From: Flectonema sp. DT1601
Taxonomy: Eukaryota
DNA length: 64,000 bases
Reading direction: 5' to 3'
NCBI GenBank assembly: GCA_964019425.1
Contig: OZ025791.1
Coordinates: forward strand, 248,001-312,000
Position 1 is the stretch's first letter; each line of letters begins with the position of its first letter. The notes below the pieces were generated by a model that was not told the DNA's origin, did no database searches, and was given only the letters and a program-made list of their open reading frames with translations. A program made the translations under genes and the position numbers. Shown here in pieces: positions 1-11,305 of the stretch.

Positions 1-739
1 TAAAACAAATACGACTGTTGTTTTTGTTATTACCGGGTTTTGTATTTATCTCTGCTTTCGAATTAAAAGAACTGTGAACAATAACAGAGTGCTGTTGTCT
101 CACATTAGAAACAACGGAAGCCAGGAAGTCGAGAGTTCCATCCAGAATTCCTTCCGAATGATATTAGAAAGTAAATCTAACAACGCTCTGACCGAAAAAG
201 ATTTGGGTGACAACAAGCTGACTGTTATCACTCAGCAACTTTCCTCTACAACAGAAAAATATGTAAAGAGAAAAAAAAAAAAAAAAAACAGCTGCTTTTG
301 TAAATCTACAGACACGAGCAAGTCTCTACAGCAGAATAAGGAAATTGAGGAAAAACTCAAATTGATGATTATTAAATACACGCGCTGTCTACCAAAGCGC
401 TGAATTTCAAGTGGAGAATATGATGTACAATCATTGTTATAAATAACTAACAAAACTTATTAAATCAACTGAGATCTGACTAGAAGACTACACACTCTCT
501 TTAGTCATCGGAAAACGATGGCGGGAATAACAACCGGCTAGTAGCAGCTGATGGTTTTTGTACAATTCTTTTCAGATTACTGTGAAGTTGCATTCACACC
601 AAGAGATTGTGAATGTCATGAGGCATCAGCCCATAGAATCCACAACCTTGACCTCTCTGCGTAATTCTGTACCAGGGAGTCCAAAGAATCTACCAATTCA
701 TATCAGCGACGAGACGAATACCAACCAAAGTGTTGATTT

Positions 740-1448
740 CTATTGAGCGTAGTTATCGCGTGGTAGTTTTATTGACTTCTGATAAACTGCATCAAACTGA
801 CGAAAACACTTCGCCTTGTTACCAGTTGTTGGTGACACGTCATCAAAAGCAACTCGATATCCCAAATACTCGCAGAGTGTATCACCTCCAGTAAACATTG
901 TTCCGATTGTTCTGTCGTAGGTTGTACCTGCGTAGTGTTCATCTCCAATTTCAGTGAATCGAGCACCATTACACCAGACATACATCAAAGAGCAATGTGA
1001 CGAACAGAGAGTCACTTGTCCATCAAAATAAAATGTCGCTTGGTTTTCAGAACAGATGTGACAAAGAGTGTCCTTTACCTGTTTTTTTTTATTTTCTTAT
1101 TTCCCCCCCTCACACATCTCAAGAACTTAACAACAAAAAAAAAAAAAAAAACACACAATCTGAGCACATTTCTCTGTAGCATTGAATGGAATAAAAGCTG
1201 TCTTCATGACGGATGCTATCTCAAGTTCTGTACAGCAAGAGTTCTCTGTTTTGGATTCGTTGATTACGAATTGTAATAATAAACCAATTTCAGAATTCAA
1301 TAAAAAACATACTAGCCTGATACGGACAGTATCTTGCGACGTTTGCCTGCGGGGATGGAGATCTCAAGAACATTGGACAAGGGGCTAGAGCATCGACTGA
1401 CACAACATTCAAATATACGAACAGCAGAAATATCGAAACCCGTAACAT
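740..1448 (-). CDS. Secreted Cys-rich protein, folate-receptor/riboflavin-binding-like domain; 3 exons (1448-1313, 1245-1157, 1078-740)
   Basis: GT-AG introns 1312-1246 and 1156-1079 join in frame to give MLRVSIFLLFVYLNVVSVDA (signal peptide)...RYCPYQAKNSCCTELE...EKCAQIVKDTLCHICSENQATF...TLCSSHCSLMYVWC. The Cys spacing resembles the Folate_rec/HHIP-N family. Confidence 0.7.
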
Positions 1449-3079
1449 TACTTTACGTTTTGGTTCCTGTAAAACAAGAAAGTAATAATAAACAACAACA
1501 GTAAGCTATACCTTTAATGGCAAATAAAATAACGGCTTGCTACTAACACCACATAACATTAGTCATCCTTTTGATTGGATGAGATGACTCAACACAAGTA
1601 GTACTCACATCCTGTGAGTTGATACTATCAGCTGAATGAAAGATCATAAGCTAATTATTTTATTTACAAAGTGAGATGGTCTGCTCCAGCAAAGCTAGTC
1701 AGCTGCTTGCAACAGACTAGATTTCATCTGTGAGTCTCTCTATTTGAATGCCATCAGACTGAGTCTAAAATACTGATTAAATTTCCTTCCTTACGTGTCC
1801 TGCAGCGACAGACCTGACTATGTCAACGCCACGGTCAACAAACTGCTGTCCTCTTTCATTCACACAATATCTAGTACTGCTCAGGCACTGCGTAGTGTTT
1901 TATTTTAAAAAAAAAAAAATAATAAAAATAATTTAAAAAAAATTTTAAAAATTTAAATAAAAAAGATACCGGCTGTCCTTCAGCGTGAGATCTGAGGACA
2001 AGACTAACCAAAACAAGGCAAGACTGCAACTGTAACGATACTCACTACGCTGATGGAAGGCTAATTGAAATACTTATAAAAATCCAGAAGTGACCGAAGT
2101 CGGATTAGCTGCGTGAAAAGAAGCGTTCCAATAAGCACCAGACATTGCAAGCAGTACACAGAAAAAAGATATATTACTGAAGTTATAGTCTCCTAGAATC
2201 TCGTGAGGTTCCTTAATAAATATTCTTGTTCTTGAGAACGAGAAAGGTACAGCAATTCCATAAAAAGAGTTTTACCCAAAAAATCAAAAGGGCGTCATCA
2301 TGAACACCGTTTGTCTTAAGATAAAAGAAAAAAACAGAATCATTGCAGGAAAAAGACGAAACCGGGTTATTAAACAAGAATATTATATAAAAAAAAATAA
2401 TAAAAACAAACAGGAAATAGAATCTCCGATGAGTGTTTTGCAACTCAATCTGCCGACAGACTCCGACGTAGAGTAGTAATTTATCGGATGTGTATCTTTT
2501 GAACTTTTTTTTTTTTTTTCAGGCGCCAATTTGGCGCTGACCAAAAGTTGTAAACAGCGTTGATGTAATTGCAAGTCCTCCCTAACTAAATACAAGGAAA
2601 AATAATTTTGCGGTAAATTTCTCAAAACGGGAAGCCAATCTGCATTAAGGTTGCCGACAGATTTACCGAGAGAGTTAACCATCCATGAAGTAGATGATTA
2701 TAACAGGTTGCCTTGAATGTCACAATAAACACAACCCATGTCTTCTTCGTTGGTAATACTTCCCTGATAACGCTAACACAGAAAATTACCTTCTCATTCC
2801 TGCATGTTGGTCGGTCAAACAAAAACAAAAGAATTGCAAACCAAAAACGAACTGTAACAAAACTGATATTATTATTTTTCTTTTTCTTATTATTATTTTT
2901 ATTTCTTTTCTTTTTTTATTCATTTCTATTGCTTAAGCGTTTTTTTTTTTTTTTTTTTTTCTTTCCTTCCTTTTCCTCTTTCATAAAAGAATCAGATAAA
3001 TATATGTGAGCACAGAAAAGGTAGATAACCACAAACCAAATCCGATACAAAAAGTCAGTAGAAGAACAAACTGTTGACA

Positions 3080-4657
3080 CTAAGCGCAAATCGTCTTAAG
3101 AACGTACTCGAGATCGTCTCGGAAGGCGCTCTCAGTACGAGCAGACACATCACGATTGGTAAACTCTCTCAGTATAGAACCCACAGTAGGAGTTACCGTT
3201 ACTGGTGATGATCGAGGAAGGGATTCCAATCCCTCATCTTCTGCAACGATTCGATACAATTCCGAAGGATCAATTCCTCGATTAGATGCTAACGACGGTT
3301 TAAGCGGCGCTAGTAAAACACTTGGAGAAAGATCATCGAGTTTGATGTAAGGAAGATCTAATATTTCACCGCGTTCTAAATGTTCTTTTTGACTAAGTTG
3401 TGTATTGTGAGCAGCCAGTGACATTGGGGATAGACAGGAGTCCACATTTGATGCGGACTTTCCGGTTTTGCGGAAATACGCAGCTGCGGCAGCATCAGTG
3501 ACAGCCATGTTGAAATCATTCATGTCATTATCAACAAGTGAATTATCGTCATTATCAATAAAAGTACCTGACTCGTCGCTAATATTCTCAACAAATGTAG
3601 CATCAGAATGGTCATCACTTGTTCGAGAATGATCAACAGTATTGGTCGTGTCCACTCCTTCACTTGTGTCGTGTACGGCTGCCTTTGCAGATGCTCGCTT
3701 CGCCAGGTTTTGTTCTTTCTCCCGCTCCTTCGCCTTTTGTTTTTCTATTTCATTTGCTGACAGCGCTGCTTTCCAAGTTTCGATGGCTTCTAATAAACAA
3801 GCAGTTCCTCCTTCCTGTTCTAGAAAAGGAAGTTTTAGTGCCTGCCAAGCTTGTAGTCGGAGATTGCTATCTTTAACAAGACATGCTCTGACAAAGTCAT
3901 CGAATTCTGTAGACCAGTTTCCACGTTTGCTGAGTGTTGGAGGAGGTCCTTTTGGGATTTGAAACAGCGCCCTCATCGGATGTAAGTTATGATGGGGAGG
4001 AGCTAGTTCTGCCATCTCGATTGCAGTTATTCCGAGAGACCAAATATCAGCTCTTCCATCATATTGACGCTCTAGAATAACTTCTGGAGCCATCCAATAA
4101 GTTGTTCCTACGAATGTATTTCTTTGCGACAGCGTCGTCGCAAGCTGGGCTGAGACTCCGAAGTCGGCGAGTTTCACCTGACCGGAATCAGTGAGTAGAA
4201 TATTACCTCCCTTAACATCTCTATGAATCTTACTGTGTTGGTGAAGGTATTGAAGTCCTTTCAGTGCTTCACTACAAACTCTAGCGATTTGATCCTCACG
4301 AAGTGGTTCCTCAGTTGTTGAGGTAATCTGTTCTACAGATCCTCCACCACAGAATTCCATACTAATCCAAAGTTCAGTTCCAGTGAAGTAACATCCTCGA
4401 TAAGAAACAATATGAGGACTGTCACAGTCTTTAAGTATACTGACTTCACGCTTTACATCTTCAAGACCTTCGTTCTCATTCATCGGAATTACTTTTACGG
4501 CATCTTCTTTACCAGTCGCTTTCCTTCTCGCTCGGTAAACCTTTCCAAAGGAACCTCTTCCTACTAAGTCCCAGTGAGGACTGTTAGGAAGTCCCATATA
4601 AATGTCCTGCCATTTCCCCTGACTTATTTCAATCCCAGTGGGCGGTGTCATCGCCAT
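3080..4657 (-). CDS. STE20/GCK-family Ser/Thr kinase (Hippo/MAP4K/SIK1-like)
   Basis: Motifs GRGSFG, AVK, HRDVKGGNILL, ADFGVSAQL, TFVGTTYWMAPE; CAG acceptor 18 nt upstream of the ATG. Confidence 0.93.
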   Translation of the reverse strand: MAMTPPTGIEISQGKWQDIYMGLPNSPHWDLVGRGSFGKVYRARRKATGKEDAVKVIPMNENEGLEDVKREVSILKDCDSPHIVSYRGCYFTGTELWISMEFCGGGSVEQITSTTEEPLREDQIARVCSEALKGLQYLHQHSKIHRDVKGGNILLTDSGQVKLADFGVSAQLATTLSQRNTFVGTTYWMAPEVILERQYDGRADIWSLGITAIEMAELAPPHHNLHPMRALFQIPKGPPPTLSKRGNWSTEFDDFVRACLVKDSNLRLQAWQALKLPFLEQEGGTACLLEAIETWKAALSANEIEKQKAKEREKEQNLAKRASAKAAVHDTSEGVDTTNTVDHSRTSDDHSDATFVENISDESGTFIDNDDNSLVDNDMNDFNMAVTDAAAAAYFRKTGKSASNVDSCLSPMSLAAHNTQLSQKEHLERGEILDLPYIKLDDLSPSVLLAPLKPSLASNRGIDPSELYRIVAEDEGLESLPRSSPVTVTPTVGSILREFTNRDVSARTESAFRDDLEYVLKTICA

Positions 4658-4879
4658 CTTGGGATACCAGTTCGTCTGTGAGGTGGAATATAATTTAATA
4701 CTTTTGACACCACAGGAACTCTCTCATTGATAACACATTAAGTGAATTATTACAGTTCATGGAATCCTGAGTGTGGGAAATAACATAAACAATAGAAACA
4801 CTTATCGTAAAACTAATCAGCTGTTAGAAGGTTTGCGATTAGAGAAATCGCATGAGAGATTTCGTGAAAATATTCTTCA

Positions 4880-5671
4880 TTAGCGTCGATATCTTTCTGT
4901 GATAAGACGTTGTCCGACATCACCAGTTGGATCGACGAGCTTCGTCGTAACTAATTCCTCGAGAGTTTGTGAGTCCATCGTGTGCATCACTTGGCTCTCA
5001 CCTATGAAGTCCTCCTCCATTTGATTATGTGAAGTGAGAGAGCCTCCCATTTCATACTCATCGCATGCGTACAGCAGGTCATGTAGATATTGTGGAAATA
5101 GTTTCTCATCATCGTAAGGAGTACATTCCAACCAAATGCTATCTAATAAACTAATTCGATCTCTGTGAGACTCCCTGTTGGATCTTATATCAGCAAGTCT
5201 GTGGACTTCTTTATTGCACAGAATTGCATGACCTCGACCAGGTATTGGATCAATAGCTCCTTTTGGATAGCTTGCCAAGAGAGAGTATTCAAGACTTCCT
5301 AAGAGTGTTATATTTTCAACACAAGTTCGAGGTACGATACCAAGAACACGGTTCGCTGTGTTATTTAATATAATTATTGAATCTTTCTTTATGAGACCGT
5401 TCCTTTCAATGAGACTGCAATGCGGAAAACACATTCGGTTGTCACAAAGTGGTGCTACGCCATTTGGTAGACTCACAGCACAGTAACCGAAGTCGGAGGT
5501 GTTTTTTGAATCTCGAAACACGTCTCCCAACAACTTCTTATCGATCACTAAGTATCCTTCTATTGCGTCTGGTTGTTCATTTGATACTTTCGGTAACACA
5601 AATGGTTTACACCCGACAGTGCAATATTGAAGTAGTAGTTCATCAGATAATAGTGGAGACGGTTTTAACAT
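4880..5671 (-). CDS. Hypothetical protein, paralogue of 5835-6518
   Basis: ATG at 5671 follows a CAG acceptor; shares VLGIVPRxC, AILxxxEVHRLA, DSIW and PxYLxD blocks with its neighbour. Confidence 0.75.
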   Translation of the reverse strand: MLKPSPLLSDELLLQYCTVGCKPFVLPKVSNEQPDAIEGYLVIDKKLLGDVFRDSKNTSDFGYCAVSLPNGVAPLCDNRMCFPHCSLIERNGLIKKDSIIILNNTANRVLGIVPRTCVENITLLGSLEYSLLASYPKGAIDPIPGRGHAILCNKEVHRLADIRSNRESHRDRISLLDSIWLECTPYDDEKLFPQYLHDLLYACDEYEMGGSLTSHNQMEEDFIGESQVMHTMDSQTLEELVTTKLVDPTGDVGQRLITERYRR

Positions 5672-5834
5672 TTTTATTGTATTCCTGCAGAACAGATTCT
5701 TCGACAACACAATCAGACACAGTTTGAAGTAGAATGGGATAGAAGACTCAAAAACAAAGTTTGAGAATGAGAGATGGTGAGAAACTACTAAAAGTTCAAC
5801 AAACAAATAAACAATTCCTCCTCAACTATCCAAC

Positions 5835-6518
5835 TCAAAGTATTTTAAGATAGTGAAGAATAGAATTCGGTTCAACAGGAGCGGCAATTGGCGGAACTGA
5901 CTGCGAGGGAAGTGATGGGCTTGAAGATCCGAGAGATTGTGTTTGCGAGAATCCTTCGACTTCTGTTGTTAGAGAAACAGCGTACTCTTGTTCATAACAA
6001 GCAGATATAATATCATATAAATATGGTGGAATACCAAGACATATGTCTGGTACGGATCCTAATCTCGTTACCCAAATGCTGTCGATAATTGGAGATTTCC
6101 TAGAAAATCGTTTTCCATATGTGTGAGCCAGTCGGTGAACTTCAGGATCTGTTAAGATAGCTAAACAAGGTTCAGGAAATACTCCAAACTCTTTTGAGTA
6201 ACTAGTCAGGCGAGTCGACGTTAAGTGTGAGAGAGACCTCTCGTTGGCGAGACAAATTCGAGGAATGACACCCAACACAATGTTACCATCATATGAAAAT
6301 ATAACTATCGCCGTGTCCAGCAACCTTGATCCCGTAGGGCTCTTCTTCACGAGACTCTTATGCGCCAAAACTGTTTGTGTATCCCTTCCCAAAGTACTCA
6401 CTTGAAGGTCTACATAAAAATCATTATCACACATTACGTCTGGTAAATCATCGACAGTCATCTCAGCACCCATACGAGCTGTGCAAATGATCAGATTATT
6501 TGCTGTTATGGAATCCAT
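5835..6518 (-). CDS. Hypothetical protein, paralogue of 4880-5671
   Basis: 227-aa ORF with a CAG acceptor just upstream; conserved blocks shared with its neighbour. Confidence 0.75.
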   Translation of the reverse strand: MDSITANNLIICTARMGAEMTVDDLPDVMCDNDFYVDLQVSTLGRDTQTVLAHKSLVKKSPTGSRLLDTAIVIFSYDGNIVLGVIPRICLANERSLSHLTSTRLTSYSKEFGVFPEPCLAILTDPEVHRLAHTYGKRFSRKSPIIDSIWVTRLGSVPDICLGIPPYLYDIISACYEQEYAVSLTTEVEGFSQTQSLGSSSPSLPSQSVPPIAAPVEPNSILHYLKIL

Positions 6519-7291
6519 GTTGTTGTTACCTGTTGTCGTTTGAATTCCTTTGTAAAATATCTGATTGTAATTACTCCAACGTTGTCATATTATTCACCTG
6601 GAGAGATAAATAAGTTCAATCGTATCCACACAAAGTGAATCACCTCAACTAAAGAACACTAGCTAAGTGGCAGAACAAAACTGTCGGTCAGTTAATAAGA
6701 ATGGATTCGGTAAACAAAAACTAAAAGGCAATGGGAGCTACTTAAGAAATGCAGCAAAACGGTTTCAAATTTCTTTCTTTGTTAGCCTCCAATGGAAGCT
6801 TTGCATCGTACGTGTACCACGGAGGGTATTGGCAGTACAAAAATTATTTGGCAAGATGTTCACAAGCGAGTTTGCACACAACACGCTTTTTTGTTGTAAT
6901 GCTTATATTAAATTATTTAAACAAAAAAAAAAGAAAAGAAAAGAAAAAAATGACTTCAAAAACTGTGTAAGGCACCATCTTTCACAATAAGAATGAAAGA
7001 AAAAGAAAAAGAAGACAAAATGAAAAAAATGAAATAAAAAGTCTCATTATGTGACTGAGAGAGGTCCGTGTTACTCTATGTTTTTACTTGTGAGGTTCCT
7101 CATTATTACCTGCTACGTTTACATACTTTGTGGCAGACCTTTTTTCTTTTACGAATTACTACTACTCCTTTTTCTTTTTTTAAATAAATTTATTAAAAAA
7201 AAAAAAAAAAACTCAGGGTTACTTCAGTCGAATTATTGAATTAAACAAACCTCTTATTCTCTTTTCCTTCTCGCGAAGGAATTCAAGAGAA

Positions 7292-10200
7292 CTATCTTTT
7301 TCTCTGCCAAGGTCCTCTGCTATCATATGGTCGTTGATTATTGAATGCTGGCGCGGGATGGCTATAGTCGTTCTGGTTCCAGTTGCGGTCTCTGAAGCTA
7401 TCCTGTTATTTAAAGAAATAATACTATTTTATTAAAAACTGTAATGTTTGTTGCTCAGATAACAACACAATAACGTACCTTGCTATGATCTTTTTCATCA
7501 TCTTTGTAGTATCCTCCTTGATAGCCTCCGTGAGGTTCACGTCTCATGGGGTCCTGCAATTTAGTATTTCATTTTGTACTCGTGACAGGTATCACAACCT
7601 TGTAACATGTATATAATATTAGAAAAAGTAATATTTTTATACCGAATCATTCCTGCTGATATATTGACCTCTGTCTGCACCACCATCAACAGGAGGGTTT
7701 TGACGGGGTTGTTGTGGGCTACTGTGGTTCCAGTCATCTTCTGTGACGTCCTTTTTCTCCTGCTGTTTTTTTTTTTAAATATTTTTTGTTTATTTTGACT
7801 CCAGTAAGGAAAGCCAACAAGCATTCAAACAAAAACAAACCTGAACAATGTTCTCCTGCAATAAAACTCTGTCGAGTGTATTTGGGTCAGCTGGGATGAC
7901 TTTTTTAGTGATGTTGTAGTCGTTTAAGAATTCATCACAACTGTCTAACTCAGTTCTGTTATCAGAAATGAGAGTTGTGATGAACACGCGGCATGTGCGA
8001 GACCAGAGAACTCTACGAGCGCTGAACATTTCGATGAGAACCTTTGGATCGAATAAGACGTACATCACAACATCACTTTCTTCATTATCCATATCAAGTT
8101 GTTGATAGCAACTGCTATCAATTAAAGCAACACATTCACCATCAAATCGAAGAGCTGCAGTTACTGAGTCATGTTGCTTCCTTGAGTTGACATCATCCCA
8201 AACTACAAAGTTAGCGTCTGGCTTGACATTCTCAAGACCAAGTTTTACTGTTCTAAAATCATGAGAGTGAGCAACCACAACAATCTTATCCATTGTTGGG
8301 ACTTTAAAGAGATTCGGTAGAAAGTCTTGTTTCTCTCTCACTCCTCGTGCCTTTAAGAAGGTGAATTGGATTCCAACAGTAGGTGGAATGGCTCTGAGGA
8401 CTGATCTGTAAGAAATCTTATCTTTTCTAATATTCGCTAACAGTAATCTATCAACTGGAGTGTCCATAGTTCGAGAGAATACGACGGTTTGAAGAGTTCT
8501 CTTTATGAAAGTTGGAGACTTTGACAGATGCCCAACCAAATCTTTGAAAGGACTAACTGACAGATGGCTGCAGTCATCCACAACTAACAAATGAAGTCTT
8601 TCACAACTGAGAAGACCTCTTTTCATGAGAGTCGCAGCGTTTTCAATTGTTGTTACTAATACTTCACAACCAAAGGCAGCATCTTTTGTTGAATATTCCG
8701 TTACAGCAGCTACAGGTCCTAATGACTCTAATCTAGTCATCACTTCAGCTCCGTTAGTTGCAGCAGAGTAAGTATCAACAATTACAAGGATACCTGGTAA
8801 CATAATAGAGGCGTCATTCTTTGATGCACCTCCCTTCTCGAACTGTCGTTGTAATGCAATTATTGCCCATGTTAATACCTTTCCCATTCCTTCCTTTGCC
8901 ATCACATAGACATCGTAATCATTGATCCCTGAAGGGATACATTTACTCTGGAGTGGTAACGGGCTGGTAATATTTTCGAAAGCGAGTGCTTCGGTAATTG
9001 AACGACGGAGCCCGTACTCGCTGAAAGTCTTTGAAGAATTAGCGCAGGCCTCATCACATCGCTGACCCAACTTACGCCTCGAAGGAGGTTCTCTCTCGTG
9101 TTCCCACCCACTGGATTGTGGAACATCGATATCCCTCTCACTGTCCCAACGTGGATCATAATCGTCTTGTCTTCGACGACGTTCTTCATAAGAACGATCA
9201 TATGAATAATAATCCCTTCCATCTCTTCTTTGAGGTTCTCTTCTTTGAGAATCTCGATTACTTCTACTTGGGAACTCGTCGTGGCTTTCTCTTCTCACAT
9301 CTCTGGAGTCCCTCGGTCTCGAATCCCAATCTTCGTTGTACTTCTCACGTTCATGGACACGTTGATGGCTGCGTTCGGAATCCTGATGCGTGTCCATTCT
9401 TTCTCTGCTACTGTCCTTTTTGTTGCTGTCGTGAACTTCCTCTTTTTGCTTTTTTTGTTTTTCCTTTTTCGTCCTCTGCTGCTTCTCCTTTTTCTTTTCT
9501 GCTGCCAATTTTGACTCCTCCGAAGTGTTGTTGTTGGCAGTATTAGAGGGATGTGTTGGAGCGGGACCGGCATCTGCGCTTTTTGAAGGAGCTGGCTGGG
9601 CCTTTACGGAGCTGCTGTTTTGTGGCACATTGCCATCGTTTCGCTTATTTTTGCCTCCCACAGCACGACTGTTGTGCTGTCCGCTGGCGTTGTCGGTTGT
9701 CTGGTTGTTTCCTCCCTGAGCGCCCCTGCTGTTACTCGCAGGAACATTCTTTTGGACCTGCGATCTAGCTGCATCTGTGGGATTACTAGCGGTATTAAAG
9801 TTACTGCTATCTGCGACTTGCCCCGTTCGGTTGGAGTTCTTTCCACCAGTCGCGGTCTTGGATGCTTTTGGATCAGCCTGAGGACTCTTGTCAATGAAGT
9901 TCGCAGGCTGATTACCTGCACCCTTTGCACCTTTACCTGCAGATTTGGTGTTTTTCGAAAGGTTGTGTTGCCCTTGATCATTATTGGTGATTTTTCCGCT
10001 ACCTGCGTTGTTGTTCTGCTTGCCTCCGTTTCTTCCTGTGAAGGTAGCGTTACCAGTGTTGTTGTTACTGTTAGTTTGCTGGACATTGTTGTAGTTAGTG
10101 CCGCTGTTGTTGTTGTTGTTGTTGCCTACCTTGTTGTAGTTGTTGTTAGTGCCGCTGTTGTTGTAGGTGGCATTGTTTGCTCCTCTCTCCTGTTGAAAAT

Positions 10201-10663
10201 TGTTGTTTAGTTTGTTTCCCTTCCCTGTTGCGACAGAAGGCTTCTGGTTGGCATTGACGGCAGCTGCTGTGTTTTGACTAGCACCCCAGTTGTTACTCTG
10301 TTTGCTACCTTTTCCTGCAGTCACAGAGGACTTCGTGTTGTTGTTAGCGTAGCTGTTGTTGTAGTTGTTGTTATTATTGTTATTGTAGTTGTTGTTGTTG
10401 TTGTAGTTGGTAGAGGTGTTAGCTCCCCCCTTTCCTCCCTTCCCCACATTTACAGACGTCTTAACATTACCCTTATCAATAGTCTTGGATCCTGGTGGGT
10501 CTTTCTGCGTTATCTTTATCACCTTCTCCAGTACTATTTTTCCAGTCGAGTCTTTGCTGACATTTAAAACAGATTTCGGTGGCTGTCCCGGAGGATCTTT
10601 TTGTTTTATTGGAAGCGCGCCGGTTGCTTCTGCTCCCTTTTTAGTATTTCCCGGGCGTGTCAT
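7292..10663 (-). CDS. Degenerate DEAD-box (UAP56/Sub2-like) helicase with N/G/Q-rich and R/D/S-rich N-terminus; 4 exons (10663-7841, ~7759-7643, 7553-7479, 7402-7292)
   Basis: Q motif PLPLQSKCIP, motif I AKEGMGKV, motif II VVDDCSHL, motif III FSRT. Three GT-AG introns extend the frame to ...DPMRREPHGGYQGGYY...GPWQRKR*. Confidence 0.8.
10080..10410. repeat. Coding (AAC)n-type low-complexity repeat giving poly-Asn tracts
   Basis: Runs of gttgttgtt on + encode NNNNNYNNNNNNN within the helicase-like gene. Confidence 0.85.
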
Positions 10664-10869
10664 GTGGTGGCCCTGTAGATGAAGATATGATTTGAAAATT
10701 TATTATTTTTGTTAAATGTGGAACTCTCTTTCGTAAAACCGATATCGTTCTCTACCAAACTGCAGTCGCTGACTTCACAAAATCAAGTGAAGTAATGGTG
10801 CTGCTTTCTTAAGTGCCTCTTCGGGCATCAGTCAGATTCATCGTTGCGGAAAGGACACTTCCGGGTCAT

Positions 10870-11305
10870 TTATTGTGCTGCTTTCTCCTTCGCTCTGCCG
10901 TCACCTCCTGCGCAGGAAGGTGAAGGAGGTACAGCATTACTGTTTGTATTGTGTTGGTATGTTTGGTGGTAAAAATAGAACTATTTCAGGTTTTCAGTAG
11001 GTTAGGAACACATACCTGGCAGCCCATTGAGTCTCAGTCTTTGCGATGATTGAGAGTGCGTGCACTGGACCATCGAGTTGTTCCTTTAGAAGTTCATTAA
11101 CTTTACGATGTCTGTCAATTAGTTTTACGGAATCAAATTCACTCGAAACGACTACAACTTTGAAGTGTGTTTCACTACCCGCAGGAACGTTGTGCATCGA
11201 ACTCTCATTACGAACTTCCAAAACCTTCGGATTGAAAGCTGCCTGTAGTTTGGTTCGGATTGTGGTTTCCACAGGTCCCATCAAATTTTGCAAGGTTCTT
11301 CTCAT
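10870..11305 (-). CDS. bolA: BolA-family protein (BOLA1-like, probably mitochondrial); 2 exons (11305-11016, 10939-10870)
   Basis: NESSMHNVPAGSETHFKVVVVS...RHRKVN...VHALSI; the 76-nt intron restores the C-terminal SPSCAGG motif. Confidence 0.92.

Noticed and set aside
558..746. Plus ORF with NSVPGSPKNLP, faintly like the non-LTR RT 'APGPDG' motif
   Set aside because: Too short, with no other RT motifs nearby.
7643..7660. Apparent TGA in helicase exon 2 suggesting stop-codon reassignment
   Set aside because: The TGA is out of frame. All gene models read through with the standard code, and TAA, TAG and TGA are all used as stops.
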